Part shown: positions 25,962 to 38,292 of the stretch, one piece after another
Layout of the letters: each line of letters begins with the position of its first letter
How positions within the stretch are numbered: position 1 is the first letter of the stretch
Source: Stegostoma tigrinum
Lineage: Eukaryota
Reading direction: 5' to 3'
Length of the DNA stretch: 64,000 nucleotides
NCBI RefSeq assembly: GCF_030684315.1
Contig: NC_081361.1
Location: 18,217,861-18,281,860, forward strand
The notes under the pieces: generated by a model
Database searches by the model: none
The model's input: only the letters and a program-made list of their open reading frames with translations
What the model was told of the DNA's origin: nothing
Position numbers and translations under genes: made by a program

Positions 25962-26208
25962 AATAAAAGAGCAAGCCGTTTCACTTCTTTTTGAAGTATA
26001 TGAAATTTCTCAAAACTCGGGTCTCAGCTATAACATTGTTTCCAGTGAGTGACGGGGTCATTCAGACTGGTTCTGCTTCAAATCTGCAATTCATATATAA
26101 CATTGTTTCCAGTGAGTGACGGGGTCATTCAGACTGGTTCTGCTTCAAATCTGCAATTCTTTGTTTGTGATTGTTCCTAAAAGAAAAATAAAATTTATTC
26201 AGAATAAA
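25962..26208 (+). terminator. Cluster of AATAAA signals, candidate distal poly(A) site of COLGALT2
   Basis: AATAAA at 25962, 26187 and 26203 after an AT-rich, repeat-poor stretch, followed by GT-rich sequence. A proximal AATAAA lies at 19441. Confidence 0.35.
26029..26159. repeat. Tandem duplication, 64 identical bp with 67-bp period
   Basis: tataacattgtttccagtgagtgacggggtcattcagactggttctgcttcaaatctgcaattc at 26029-26092 and 26096-26159. Confidence 0.95.
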
Positions 26209-26859
26209 AGGCCTTGCTGTGTTATTGGATATGGGACATCACTGTCTTTGTCTGAATGATTTGATGCATGTTGAAAGCATTCTTCTCAATCTTGAGTCTC
26301 TAACACTCTACAGCCATTAGCTGTAGAATCTCTCAGTCCTTCAAAACTGTTTTAAAAGTGCCCATTTGATGGTATCTTTTGTTCCATTTCTCCTCAGACA
26401 TTTTCATCTTCAGGGCTATTTTTTTCCTGTAAACTGGTTTGTGGTCTGACTTCTGAATACAAGCTATTAATTTACTGTTCTTCAACAAATGGTTATGTCC
26501 ATCTTCTTAGTCATATTGTAAAATAGTTTATGGCATACATCATCCTATTTTCAAATATACAATTCTTGTTCCTTGAAATAGCACCTCTTATGTTACCTAT
26601 TCACATTAACAATGCAAAGACATACACACAATTGAACCATAATGTGTAAGGAGAAAACAGAAAATGCTTGAGACATGGAGGAAGTCAATCAGCACCTGAA
26701 AGAGATCTCGCGATTGTTTTGTAACCCATTTTAAAATAGACTCCTGTCACGTTCACAAATCTCAAAAGCTATTTCTGTTTCTATTCTATTGCTGATTTCC
26801 ATTCAGTTTTCTGTTTCTGCTTCCCATTTCTGAGGCTTGGCTTGCTCTTCCACAAAATG

Positions 26860-26990
26860 AAATAAAGAACGGCAGTTGCTGGAGTTCTGAAACAAAAACA
26901 ACATGCTGGCAAAACTCAGCAGATCTAGCAGCATCTTTGAAATGGAAACAGAGTTTATCTTTTGAGCTCAGTGACCCTTCATCAGAACTT
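26860..26990 (-). mobile_element. PLE 3' tail with partly decayed hammerhead core
   Basis: Minus strand reads gttCTGATGAAGGGTCACTGAGCTCAAAAGATAAACTC...gatgctgctagatctgctgagttttgccagc. Confidence 0.65.
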
Positions 26991-27540
26991 ATGTCAGTTC
27001 TTTCCCAGTCAGGTAAGATCGGCTCAGAGTGAATCAGCAGTTCCATACTCTGTTAGCTTTTTCAATGTAGTCAGTCTAAAATGGGTTGATGATTGAGGAT
27101 CCCGGTTTCACATAAATGGTGAAGTCCAATTTAGCCTCTTATCAGTATGGTATGTCCTTCTCCTTCCCCCTCACCCCACTGTTGTGACCATCCCCTAGGC
27201 AAGGTTCCCTCAGTGATATGACTCCAAACATGACGGTCAATACTGTGAAGCTCCCAGGTGAAGAGGAATGAAATGGCTGCAAATTATTCTCAAACCCCCT
27301 CAGGTGGTTACAGCACAGTTAATTTACAAAGGATTACTTCCCTTGTGGATACTTTTCTCCTGGATCCAAATATACCTATATTTTAAAAGGAGCTAATTTA
27401 ACCAAGCTTTCTTTCTTTAACAATATGAGTTAGTGTATGAATTGTTACACATGAGAAGAAATAGCAATGCAACACACATACACAGATGATCAAAGTGAGT
27501 TGTGAATCTACAAAGATGCAAGTTTAAAAAAGGTTGATAC

Positions 27541-27852
27541 AGGGGTGGCACAGTGGCTTCGCATTTCTGCCTCACAGCACTAGGGTCCAGGGTTCAATTC
27601 CACTCTTGGGCGATAGTCTGTGTGGAATTTGCACGTTCTCCCTGTGTCCGTGGGGTTTCCTTCCAGGTGCTCTGGTTTCCTCTCACAGTCCAAAGATTTG
27701 CAGGTTAGGGTGGATTGGCAATGCCAATTTGCCCATAGTGTTCAGGGATGTGTGGCTTAGGTGGGTTATGGAGGATGGGTCTTGGTGAGATGCAGCAAGG
27801 GTTGGTGTGGACTTGTTGGGCCAAAGGGCCGGTTTCCTCACTGTAGGGATTT
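27541..27852 (+). mobile_element. tRNA-derived V-SINE (HE1-like)
   Basis: Same head, core and tail as 19597-19920, more diverged. Confidence 0.85.
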
Positions 27853-29769
27853 TATTTAAAAAAAAGCAAAAGAACACAGATGACAGAAATAAGTTGTGAG
27901 CCCACAAAGATACAAGTTTTAAAAAGTTGATATCGGGATCAATCTCTGAATTGTGACTGCATCATTTTTTTAAGATTCGTGTTATGGTAGGCTGACTGAT
28001 GTTCCTCTGTCCCGATTCATTTTTTTCATGGTTTGTCCAATTCAGATTGAGACAGAGCCCTCTTTTATCTGCAACACAGTAATTTGTGCAAGATAGGATA
28101 TGATCTCTGCAGCACGCCAGTGCTCAAGCCCAGGACGACACAAATGGGTGCATTCAGTCCCACTGGCCCACTCCAGTAGAGTTGAAATTGCCATTTTAAC
28201 CCCTGTCCTTAGGTATTCTTAAAAGAGAAAAAATACAAAATATGTCTACAGTTTGGGACATTATCAAAAGAGGATGGTTTGCTGTTGAGCAGGGCTTCAT
28301 TAGCTTCTCATTATTTTTGTAGTCACATGAGATCACAGACCCGTGTGAAGATTTTTTTTTGACTCCTGCAGATGCTACATCACTCCCACACAGATTTTTT
28401 TCCCCACATGTACAGTTATTTTCTCACTACAGCAGAACTTCTTTCAGCCCTTAATTCCAAAACATCTATTTTTAAAAGCACACATGGTATTTTGGGGTTC
28501 CAATTCATCATCATCATGCGATCTCAATGCCAGGAAATCTGCACCTTATTTCTTTCATGTCTCCAGTATATCGCATTGGATGCAATAGATGTGAAGAACG
28601 AAAGAAAGAGCTACCTTGGTGAGAGTTGATGGAGTGACTCACAAGGAAACCTTATGAAGCCCCTGATGATTTTTGACATTTTTCTTAATGGTTAACTACA
28701 GTATATTCAATTTAAAGCAACCGCAGTGCTCTTCGATCAAAGAAGAAAAGGAATCTTCAAAAATTTCCTCACCTTCACAAAAAAAATTGCCAGTAATTTC
28801 ATTCATGCAAAAGTAAGTAGTGAGAACTTTTTGAGACATTGCTGCCATTCATTTAAAAAATACTAGTGGATCTTTTAGCTCAGCTACTTCTTTCTGCAAT
28901 GTCTCCATCTGGCCTGGTTTCCTGAATTTCCAAAAATCTTTTGACCACTGTTGTAAATAGTTAATAATTGAGACAAAAACTGAAATCACTTGAGAAAGCC
29001 TGCAGGTGTGGCAGCATCTGTGGTAAAAAAGCGGAGTTAATATTTCAAATCTAGTGGCTCTTCATTCGAATTGGTTCCTCCCTGCCTTCCATTTCCAGGT
29101 GTATAGTTTTTTGGGGAGTGTGATAGCTGATATTCCTGGTATCATTTACACCCTCAATCTGTTATCTCCTTATTTTCCATTATTAGTTACCAGACTCACC
29201 TTTTATTGGACCAATGGAAACTTTTTTAAAAAAAATTCGTTCCTTTTTGAAATTAATATCTGTTTTGTACTTACAGATAACTTTCATACTTTATTTTTCC
29301 CTCCTCATTATCTTAATCCATGTTTGCTATTTTATTAATATTGTACAATGGTCTGAGCTGCCATCCAATATGATACAATTTAATGCCCTTTCTCTGAGCT
29401 TATTTTCAACGGTGAGTCCTCCCCTTTTTGAAATGAATCTATTCTATGTAATCTGAAATATGCCGTTAAGTGTCTGACCCTGGACTTGCACCTATTACTC
29501 TGTCCCTCAAACTAAATGTCAAATTCACTCACACGATGATCGATGCTACCGAGAATTACTATGATTATTAATGAATCCCATCTCATTGCACAATACCAAG
29601 GTTAGAGCAGCCTGTAATCTGGTTAGCTCCAACAACATGTTTTAAGAAGTCATTTTTAAAAATGTACCATCAACCCCACCCTGGCCGCATCTACCCATCT
29701 GATTTTCCATTCTATATATATAACAAATCTCCCATGATTTAGCTTTTTGACAAGCTCTGATTATTTCCT

Positions 29770-29950
29770 AACTAAAACAAAAAATGGTGGATGGTGAAAA
29801 TCTTACACAAAAAAAACAGAAGTCACTGGTGAAACTCAGCTGGTCTGGTAGCATCAGTGGGGAGACTGGACTCAAAATGATAACTCTGCTTTCTTTCCAC
29901 TGATGCGAACAGACCTGCTGAATTTCTCCAGCAATTTCTGTTTTTGTTTC
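29770..29950. mobile_element. Fold-back PLE-tail insertion (older copy)
   Basis: aaacagaagtcactggtgaaactcagctggtctg is complementary to cagacctgctgaatttctccagcaatttctgttt; imperfect flanking repeats ctgattatttcct (29757) and ctaattatttctt (29950). Confidence 0.65.
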
Positions 29951-32900
29951 TAATTATTTCTTCCTTTATGTTTAAAACTATAGCGTAGAAGCTGGTATGT
30001 CACTCCCACAAGTGATTTCGTACCTGTATAATTATCCAGCTCTGCCAAACTGTTTCTTCATCTTCTTTACTGAACTTAGATCATCACCATCTACTGTGCT
30101 AATACCATCACAGACAGAGCCACTGCTCCACCTTTTCCCAGCTTCCTGTAATTCCTAAACTTCTCATACCCCTCAGTATTTACACACAGTTGTCTCTGGA
30201 GTCTTGGCAGACACAGCTTGCTCAAGAGCAATTTTAAGAAGTTTTTGCAATTTTTCAGAAGAACAAATAAGTTTCACTCTGAGCTCAGCTAGATAGCTAT
30301 TTTCAAAAATAGAAGTGATTAGTTGGACAGACCTTTGACATAGCTTCTCATTCCCCCAACTCCTTCCAAAGTACTAAGTACTCTACAGCCACTGTTTAAA
30401 CAGCAGAATCTACAGCAGAACAATTAGTTATCATTCATAGCATGACTTCTAAGAAGTCCTATTTTTTAAAATACTCAAATGTCCATAGCTACCTTTCAAT
30501 GGCCTCTTTTAAAAAATAACATTATGTATAGCCTCACAAGATTTGAAACAATTTTTTTTCCAAAGTTCTTCAAAATCTAATACCTCCAAGGAACATTAAA
30601 CATAAAGTTTCTTTGCAATGCCACATGTCAGGGAGCTGAGATTTTCCATTACAATAGTTAAAAGCCAATGTGAGACTTTAGAGAACCCAACAACATGATC
30701 GTTCAACGTTATCATATAAGCCTGCAATCTCATGGAATAATTAAATACCTGGGCCACCAGATGGTTTTGCATTTACTTTTCTTAACAGTACACCTTAGTG
30801 TAATCTGAACGTCTGCAGCTGAGGTGCATGTAGATTACTAATTGTAACAACTTAGCATGACGAATTAGCTTGACATAAAGCAAATCTGTCTCCCAGGACA
30901 GTGTTACATGTCTCCTGTTTGTCCTGTTCTTGTCATCTGATTGGAGACACACTTGCTGTAATACTGGCCTTACTGTTTGTAACTACATATTTCCCCTGCT
31001 GTCTGATCAGTTCAACCACATCCTTCTCTTCAAAGGTCGATATTAAGACAGTGCCAGTTATTTAATGAACTCAAAACTCATTGACTTCCACATAATGAAA
31101 ATTGGACCCTTAAAATCTGATTAATTTTAAGGGAGAAGATTTATTGCATTTTTTACTTGCATTAATAATGCACCAGACCACCACCAACCACACTCTCTCC
31201 ATCCCAAGCCCTTCAAAACTTCAAAATCAGAAACTGAAGCATTCAAGGTGAATTGGGGTCAAGATTAGATTCTTATTTTATTTTAGCCCATTGTGCCACC
31301 CTTCTATCCTCATAGATGGGGGATTGGGAGGTATCAAGAAATCCATTCCCACTGACATTAACTTTGATCCATTGCAAAGAATTCAGGTTAAGGAGAGCAA
31401 AGAGGCAATGTCTATTCACCTACATTGTTGTTGTTGCCTTTGATTCTTTTTGAAAAAATCATTTCAAACATGATCACCACTGGCAAAAACAGCAGTTCGT
31501 AGCCATATCTAATTGCTCTGAAGAAGATGGTGGTAATTTGCCTTCTTGAACTGCTACAGTTCATCTTGTGATAGTCTGCTCAAAATACTCATAACTAGGG
31601 AGTTCCAGGATTTGAAGCCAGCAACAATGAAGTTTGTACCACATGATACTCAATCTAACTCTATCCCTCATCTTTCTTTTCCTCTGGGAACACATTTCTT
31701 TTATAAAATGATTTATGCTTCACAAATCTTTCCTTACTTTATTTGATGACTTCCCTCAGGAGAAAAATCTTTCCTGCAGATGGATTCCCTGAAGTTTGCA
31801 CAGGAACTGTTTTGTATTTTCTCCCTCAGTAGGCCTGAAGAGTGAAGAAAGTGTTACATTGATTGATAAGTTCTCTCCTTATCCCATTGTGAATGAAAGA
31901 ATTTTTAGTGTCAACACACTATTCATTTGTCATATACAAAAATTAAAGTCCATAAAGTGCTGGATGAATAATATAACAGCATTCAGGGTCAAATTTGAAA
32001 TAAATTGGTATGTGAGGGTCATTGTGAGTAATAATTGACAGTTTGCTGGTCTAATTTTGTGTTTGGTTAATTACAAGAAATCTCATATAATTTCTACTTG
32101 TACATTGTAAAAATTAAGCAAAGCTGCACAAAATGTCAAGGTGTAGACCTTTACCCATCTATCTTCAGAATTCCTCATACAACTGCTCCTATATTAATGT
32201 TACATACCAACTTTTGGCCAATTTGGCAGTAATTTCACATTGCTAACCCATCAGAGGGGCAGCAGCTCCAGAACCCCAGCAGTGCCTCTGAGAGAGTTGG
32301 CCACGGCTGAGGTAGCAAGAAGTTCATGAGGGCCTAGCAGTCCAAACCCCAAGAACAGAGCCAGATGTGGTGGGAGAGAGGGTGTGGTGCCCTTGAGTTG
32401 CAGTGTTGGGCTGTCGAGGAAGTAATTTCCTGTTCACTACACTGCTCCCTGCACCAAGCAGCCTGAGAACAGCTCGAGGCCTCCCCACATGGCATGAGAG
32501 AGGGGTGGTATTTTTTCTCCTGCTTGCCAAATGGCAATGAGATGAGAAAATTGCCCTCAAATTGTCCATTATTCATTCAAATAGCAAGCTGCCACCATTT
32601 CCATTGATGGGAGACTTCCCCATTGGCAGGACTATGGTGGGGATCTGCCACAATGTGGCACCTGGCATTTACCTGGCAGTTTCTCTTCTTCACCCTCAAT
32701 CTTAATTCCTTGATGTTGAACCAATTTGAAGGTACAGTTGCCCTAGGATAGCAAAGCTGGAACGTTGCTGCCCAGTTGTGTCCCTAAGCCATTGAAGAAG
32801 CAGGCAGTGACTACGCAAGAACGGAAGAACCATGGAAAACCTTAGCTAGCCAATGCATCATTTATGAAGAGGGAGCCATTTCTGATCAGGTTAGGCCATC

Positions 32901-33338
32901 GCCCAGAGATGTTAACGTGGCTTCCCATCAGAAGGTTGAGGTTTTCCAGCTCCTTTTTATCTTTTTTCAACCTTCAGCATCCACAGTAATTGTGAGAAAA
33001 TGCTCCAGTTGCCTCCCTGTGTCTTCACAGAGAGCAATCAAGGAATGTGACATTAAAAAAGGAGAAAATATAATATGGAACAAAAGTGCCCACTGAAGGG
33101 ATGAGTTGCTCAGAGTGTGAAATTTAGACTGTAATCAAGGCTAATAAAGCCAAAAATACACAAACTTTCTGATTATCTGAAGTCACTGACAACAACCTAG
33201 ATAAGTCAATGATTCTAAGGTATTTCCACCCCCATTGTGATCATTTTTATGAGCACACGCAGCAAATTATTTCACTGCAATCATAAATCTATTAGATGTT
33301 TTATTCAATTTTCTCAAGCAGTGCTTAGTGAAGGAAAG

Positions 33339-34006
33339 ATAATAAAATGTGAGGCTGGATGAACACAGCAGGCCAAGCGGCATCTCAGGAGCACAAAAGC
33401 TGACGTTTCGGGCCTAGACCCTTCATCAGAGAGGGGGATGGGGAGATGGAACTGGAATAAATAGGGAGAGAGGGGGAGGCGGACCGAAGATGGAGAGTAA
33501 AGAAGATAGGTGGAGAGAGTATAGGTGGGGAGGTAGGGAGGGGATAGGTCGGTCCAGGGAAGACGGACAGGTCAAGGAGGTGGGATGAGGTTAGTAGGTA
33601 GCTGGGGGTGCGGCTTGGGAGGAAGGGATGGGTGAGAGGAAGAACCGGTTAGGGAGGCAGAGACAGGTTGGACTGGTTTTGGGATGCAGTGGGTGGGGGG
33701 GAAGAGCTGGGCTGGTTGTGTGGTGCAGTGGGGGGAGGGGACGAACTAGGCTGGTTTAGGGATGCAGTAGGGGAAGGGGAGATTTTGAAACTGGTGAAGT
33801 CCACATTGATACCATATGGCTGCAGGGTTCCCAGGCGGAATATGAGTTGCTGTTCCTGCAACCTTCGGGTGGCATCATTGTGGCAGTGCAGGAGGCCCAT
33901 GATGGACATGTCATCTAGAGAATGGGAGGGGGAGTGGAAATGGTTTGCGACTGGGAGGTGCAGTTGTTTGTTGTGAACTGAGTGGAGGTGTTCTGCAAGT
34001 TCTGCA
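33339..34006 (-). mobile_element. Young 5'-truncated Penelope-like element with intact hammerhead core and 12-bp TSD
   Basis: ORF end PVANHFHSPSHSLDDMSIMGLLHCHNDATRRLQEQQLIFRLGTLQPYGINVDF; core at 33402-33429; TSD agtgaaggaaag at 33327-33338 and 34007-34018. Confidence 0.92.
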
Positions 34007-34198
34007 AGTGAAGGAAAGTTGTTTTGTAGTTCATCTGTCAACAGAGTATGAATAACTAAAAGAATATTTGATGCCTTAAGTACAATTCAGCTGTTAATTT
34101 TAATAACGTAGTATTTTTACATTAGGATATAACTGATTAGTTTAAAAGTGCTCTTTGTTTCTCCAAGAACAAACGGCAATAATTTCAGGAGGATTAAT

Positions 34199-34202
<4 letters not shown>

Positions 34203-34231
<29 letters not shown>
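34203..34231. repeat. (TG)n microsatellite
   Basis: About 14 uninterrupted TG units. Confidence 0.95.
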
Positions 34232-35689
34232 CAGACTGAGACTGTATGGCAAGAATGTTACAGGAAAGTTGGACTTTGCACTGACTCTACCAGCTGAGGA
34301 TCTTTAATTGTTTGGAAGATTTGATCTGATTTCCAAGCATGAAAAGTTCAACTGACCATCGGTTAACAGAAGTCAATTGGACAGTTTTTCAGAGCATCAC
34401 TGTTTCTGTATGAATCATTTATAAACTAAGAAAGCAATATTCCCCTTGTCCCCCTGATTTGCTTGTTTATACAATGAAGGGTGTAGCATAGCTGGCTTCC
34501 AGATCATAGAATGAAATAGCAAACAATGCATCAGCAATGCTCGTGATGAATGGCAGAGCAGGCTCAAGGGGCTGAATGACCCATTTCTGTTCCGAGTTTG
34601 TTTGATCTGCGACTGTCTCAAAACATTGCACTGGATTAGAAATAGAACAGATTATGTGGAATTAGATTAATCAGACATGATTTGCTCTTAATAAAGCCTG
34701 ATGATTCTCTTCGATCAGCTCATTTGTCTGAATGCTCAGCCAATCTCTCCCCCGTGATGGATACAATTAGTTTTGCCTCCAAGGCAATGGAATAAGAATG
34801 GAAAAGTGGCATTAGGTTGGAGGGATTTTATTTACAGCTGGCACAAACACAATGGACCAAATGGTCTCCTTTTGTTCCTTAAATTTCTCATAATCAATGA
34901 TTCTAAATGGCATTAAATCGATGGGCCCACTGTTAATTGCATCTCTTTCCCTCTGTTAAAAAATGGAACAACATTAATAAACTTGCAGTCAAGTAGCACA
35001 ATTACTGAATCAAGAGCTTTGAAAGGTGTCATAGAAATCACATTTTTTTTGACCATTTGAAACAAAATCTTGGACTGAATCTTATGCTTTTTGTTTTGGC
35101 TGAGTCCACATATCATCAAGTTTTTAGCAGTTTTCTCTGCCATGAGGCCTGGCAGGTTTTCTTGCCATAACTAACTCAACTTTCTCCATCCCTCAGGCCC
35201 AACTCTGTGTGCATCTTACCATATGCCTTTACCAGAACAACTTGCCACTGGATAACCTGGAATTGACTGGCACCTGCACCATCTTTAAAGCCCCATTGAG
35301 CATCCAGACAAGTGCTGTCAATCTGAAGGTGCCTTGCTCAGTTCCTGGCATTTGCCCTGGACATGGCAGACCAGGGAAAATCAGTGCCCACTTTTCAGGC
35401 AAGAAGCTGGAGGTCCCATTGGATGAGATGGTGCAGAGGCAGGACTTCTTCCCCAGAGAATGTCATGCCAGTCTAGTACAAGTTTGCCTCCTGAGTTAAA
35501 GTTGACCCAACCTTGAGGGGAATGCTCAGCAAAGTAGGAAGAAGGTCAATGAAACCACATCCACCAGAGTAAGTGCTACCATCTTCTCTCTGATGTCTCA
35601 TAGAGCTGAATGCCAGAGGTGAGGTGAGAGTGACAGTCCTTGACATCAGGGTCACACTCAACAGTGAGGCAACAAAGTGCCCCAGCAAA

Positions 35690-36770
35690 GCTGGAGTCAA
35701 TAGGTATCATGGGCAAACTCTCCGCTGATTGGAGTCATACTTGGCACATAACAAGATGGTTGTGATTGTTGGAAGTCAATCATCTCAGGTCCAGGTCATT
35801 TCTGTTGGAGATCCTCAATGTAGTGTCCCAGGATAAAAAATCTTCAGCTACTTCATCAATGACTTTCCCTCCATCATAATTTCAGAAATGGGGATGTTTG
35901 GCAATGATTGCACAATGTTCAGCACCATTTGTGACTCCTCAGGTACTGGTAGTCCAAGTTGAAATAATCTAGACACTATCCAGGCTTGGGCTGACAAGTA
36001 ATAAGTAACATTTGCACCACACAAATGCCGGATGATGACTATCTAGAATAAAAGACAATTGAAATGTCACTATTGATAATTGCCAATTTAGTGGTGTTAC
36101 CATCACTGATTTTTCAACTGTAAACATCCTGCGGCTTTCCATTGACCAGAAACTCAACTGGATGCATCACATAGACACAGTGGCTACAAGAGCAGGTTAG
36201 AGGTGAGGAATACCACAATGAGTAACTCACCTCTTGATTTCCCAAAGCCTGTCCATCATCTAAAAGACACAAGTCAGGAGTGTAATGGAATATTCCCTGA
36301 TTGCCTTGATGGTTGCAACTCCAAAAACACTCAAGAAACTTGACACCATCCAGGACAAAGCAACCTGCTTGATTAGCACCACATCCACAAGAATCCACTC
36401 TCTCCACCATTAACGTTCAGTATCAGCAGTGTGTGCCATTTACAAGATGTGCTGCAGAAATTCACCAAAGATTCTTAGACAGCATCTTCCAAACTCACAG
36501 CCACCTGCTTCTTGAAGGACAAGGGCAGAGTCAGATGGGAACACCAAGATCTGCAAGTTCCCTTTCGGGCCACTCGTCATCATGCCTTGGAAATATACAG
36601 CCATTCCTTCACTGTCATTGGGTCAAACTCCTGAAAGTCCCTCCCTTTGGACATTGTGCGTCAACCGACTGCACATGAAACTGATGTGGTTTAAGTGTTA
36701 GCCCAGCACAACCTTCTCAAGGACAGGTGATAAATACTGGCCTGTCAGCAACATGCCACGAGTGAACCAG
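35690..36770 (+). mobile_element. CR1-clade LINE 3' fragment (RT domain to tail)
   Basis: Decayed 'GVPQGSVLGP.IFS.FIND...IISEMGMFGNDCT', 'IQAWADK', 'KKLDTIQDKATCLI' and a tail ending ...aaccttctcaaggacaggtgataaatactggcc. Confidence 0.82.
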
Positions 36771-37209
36771 AAAGAACAGTTTATCTCTGCTACTGAACCC
36801 AGCTCCCACCAAGGCTCGTGCTTCACGACTGTCACTATTGCCTGTCATATCATCTCCCACTTGCTGTCATCCCTCCCCACACAATCCCCAAGCATAAATC
36901 CTGCAATTCTCTCCGTGCTGCCTACTTATTTGCATTGGACACCTTTCTACCTTCACCAACAGGACCAGCCTTGCCACGCATTTTAATCTTCCTTTATATT
37001 TATCTGTTGTCACAAAGGAAAACAGCTCACAATATGGTAGAAAGGCTCAAGATGACCTGTAACTTGCCTGACATTCACTTCCTTACTTTTCGTGACTGAC
37101 AGTGAGTGCCCAAGTGCTAACTCACTATTTTCAAGCTCTTGGATTGGGATCAAAGGCTGTCCTTCGCTTACTGTGCTGGGTCTCATTACTGAAGGCTACA
37201 TACCAACAC

Positions 37210-38292
37210 TGACCTCGAGAATTTAAGTTACAAGGAGATGCTAGATAGGCTGGTACTTTTTTCATGGGAGCATAAAAAGTTGAGAGGTGACCTTATTAGA
37301 GGTTTATAAAATCATGAGGGATATGGATAAAGTGAATGGCAGGTGTCTTTTCTATAAGCTGGAGGATTTCAAGACTAGGGGTCATATTTTTAAGGTGAAA
37401 TGAGAAAGATTTAAAAAAGACGTGAAGAGCAATTTTCTTAAACAAAGAATGGGTTTTGTGAATGGAATGAACTTCCAGAGGATGGGGTGGATGGGGTACA
37501 GTTACAACAGATAAAAAGTGCTTAGCATGATCAGCAACAGTCTATCCTGGTCTTCCCGTGTCAAGATAATGGTCATGAAAGCACAACAAAGTCTCAACTT
37601 GCTACGATGCTAAGGAAATTTGGCATGTCCACAAGGATTCTTACCAGTTTTTACAGATGCACTATAGAAAGCATTTTATCCGAGTGCATCACAGCATAGT
37701 TTGGCAACTTCTCTTCCCAAGAATGCAAGAAGCTACAGAGAGTCATGAACATAGCCCAGCCCATCACGTAAACCAGCCTTCCATCCCTTGACTCCATCTG
37801 TACTTCCTGCTGCCTTGGGAAAGCAGGCAACATGATCGAACACCCTGCTTATATACTCTTCCAGGCATCTACTCTGTCAAGCAGATAACATAAAAGTCTG
37901 TAGGCAATGCATGAATGGATTCAAGAATAGCTTCGCCACTAGATTAGACTTCTGAATGGACGTCTCAAATTTTAAAATTAATGTTGGTCTCATTCTCTGT
38001 GCACTTTCTGTACAGCCATAACATTGTTTTCTTATTTCTGCTTTTTACCAGAATGCACTTTGTATGGTATGATACCCTACACTGCATGCAAAACAAAATT
38101 TTCACTGTATCTAAATTCATGTCCAATAACAAATCAAATCACGTTAAAGACATGCAGTTAAGTACATAAACAAGTAATCTCTGGAGGTTTTTTGGATCAA
38201 ATTTAAGCAGGTGAGACGAGTTTAGTTTGGGATGAGGGTTGGCCTGGACTGGTTGGATCGAAGGATCTGTTTCCATGCTGTTTGACTCTATC
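37210..38292 (+). mobile_element. CR1 3' end (37210-37510 and 38140-38292) interrupted by a Rex1/Babar-like LINE fragment (about 37520-38140)
   Basis: CR1: agaggtgacctt...gaggtttataaaatcatgagg ... gtttccatgctgtttgactcta. Insert: ctaaggaaatttggcatgtcc...ttacagatgcactatagaaagcatt (YRCTIESIL) with aaatcaaatc tail. Confidence 0.75.

Noticed and set aside
26029-26159. Direct repeats as a CRISPR-like array
   Set aside because: Only two adjacent copies, no spacers, eukaryotic context.
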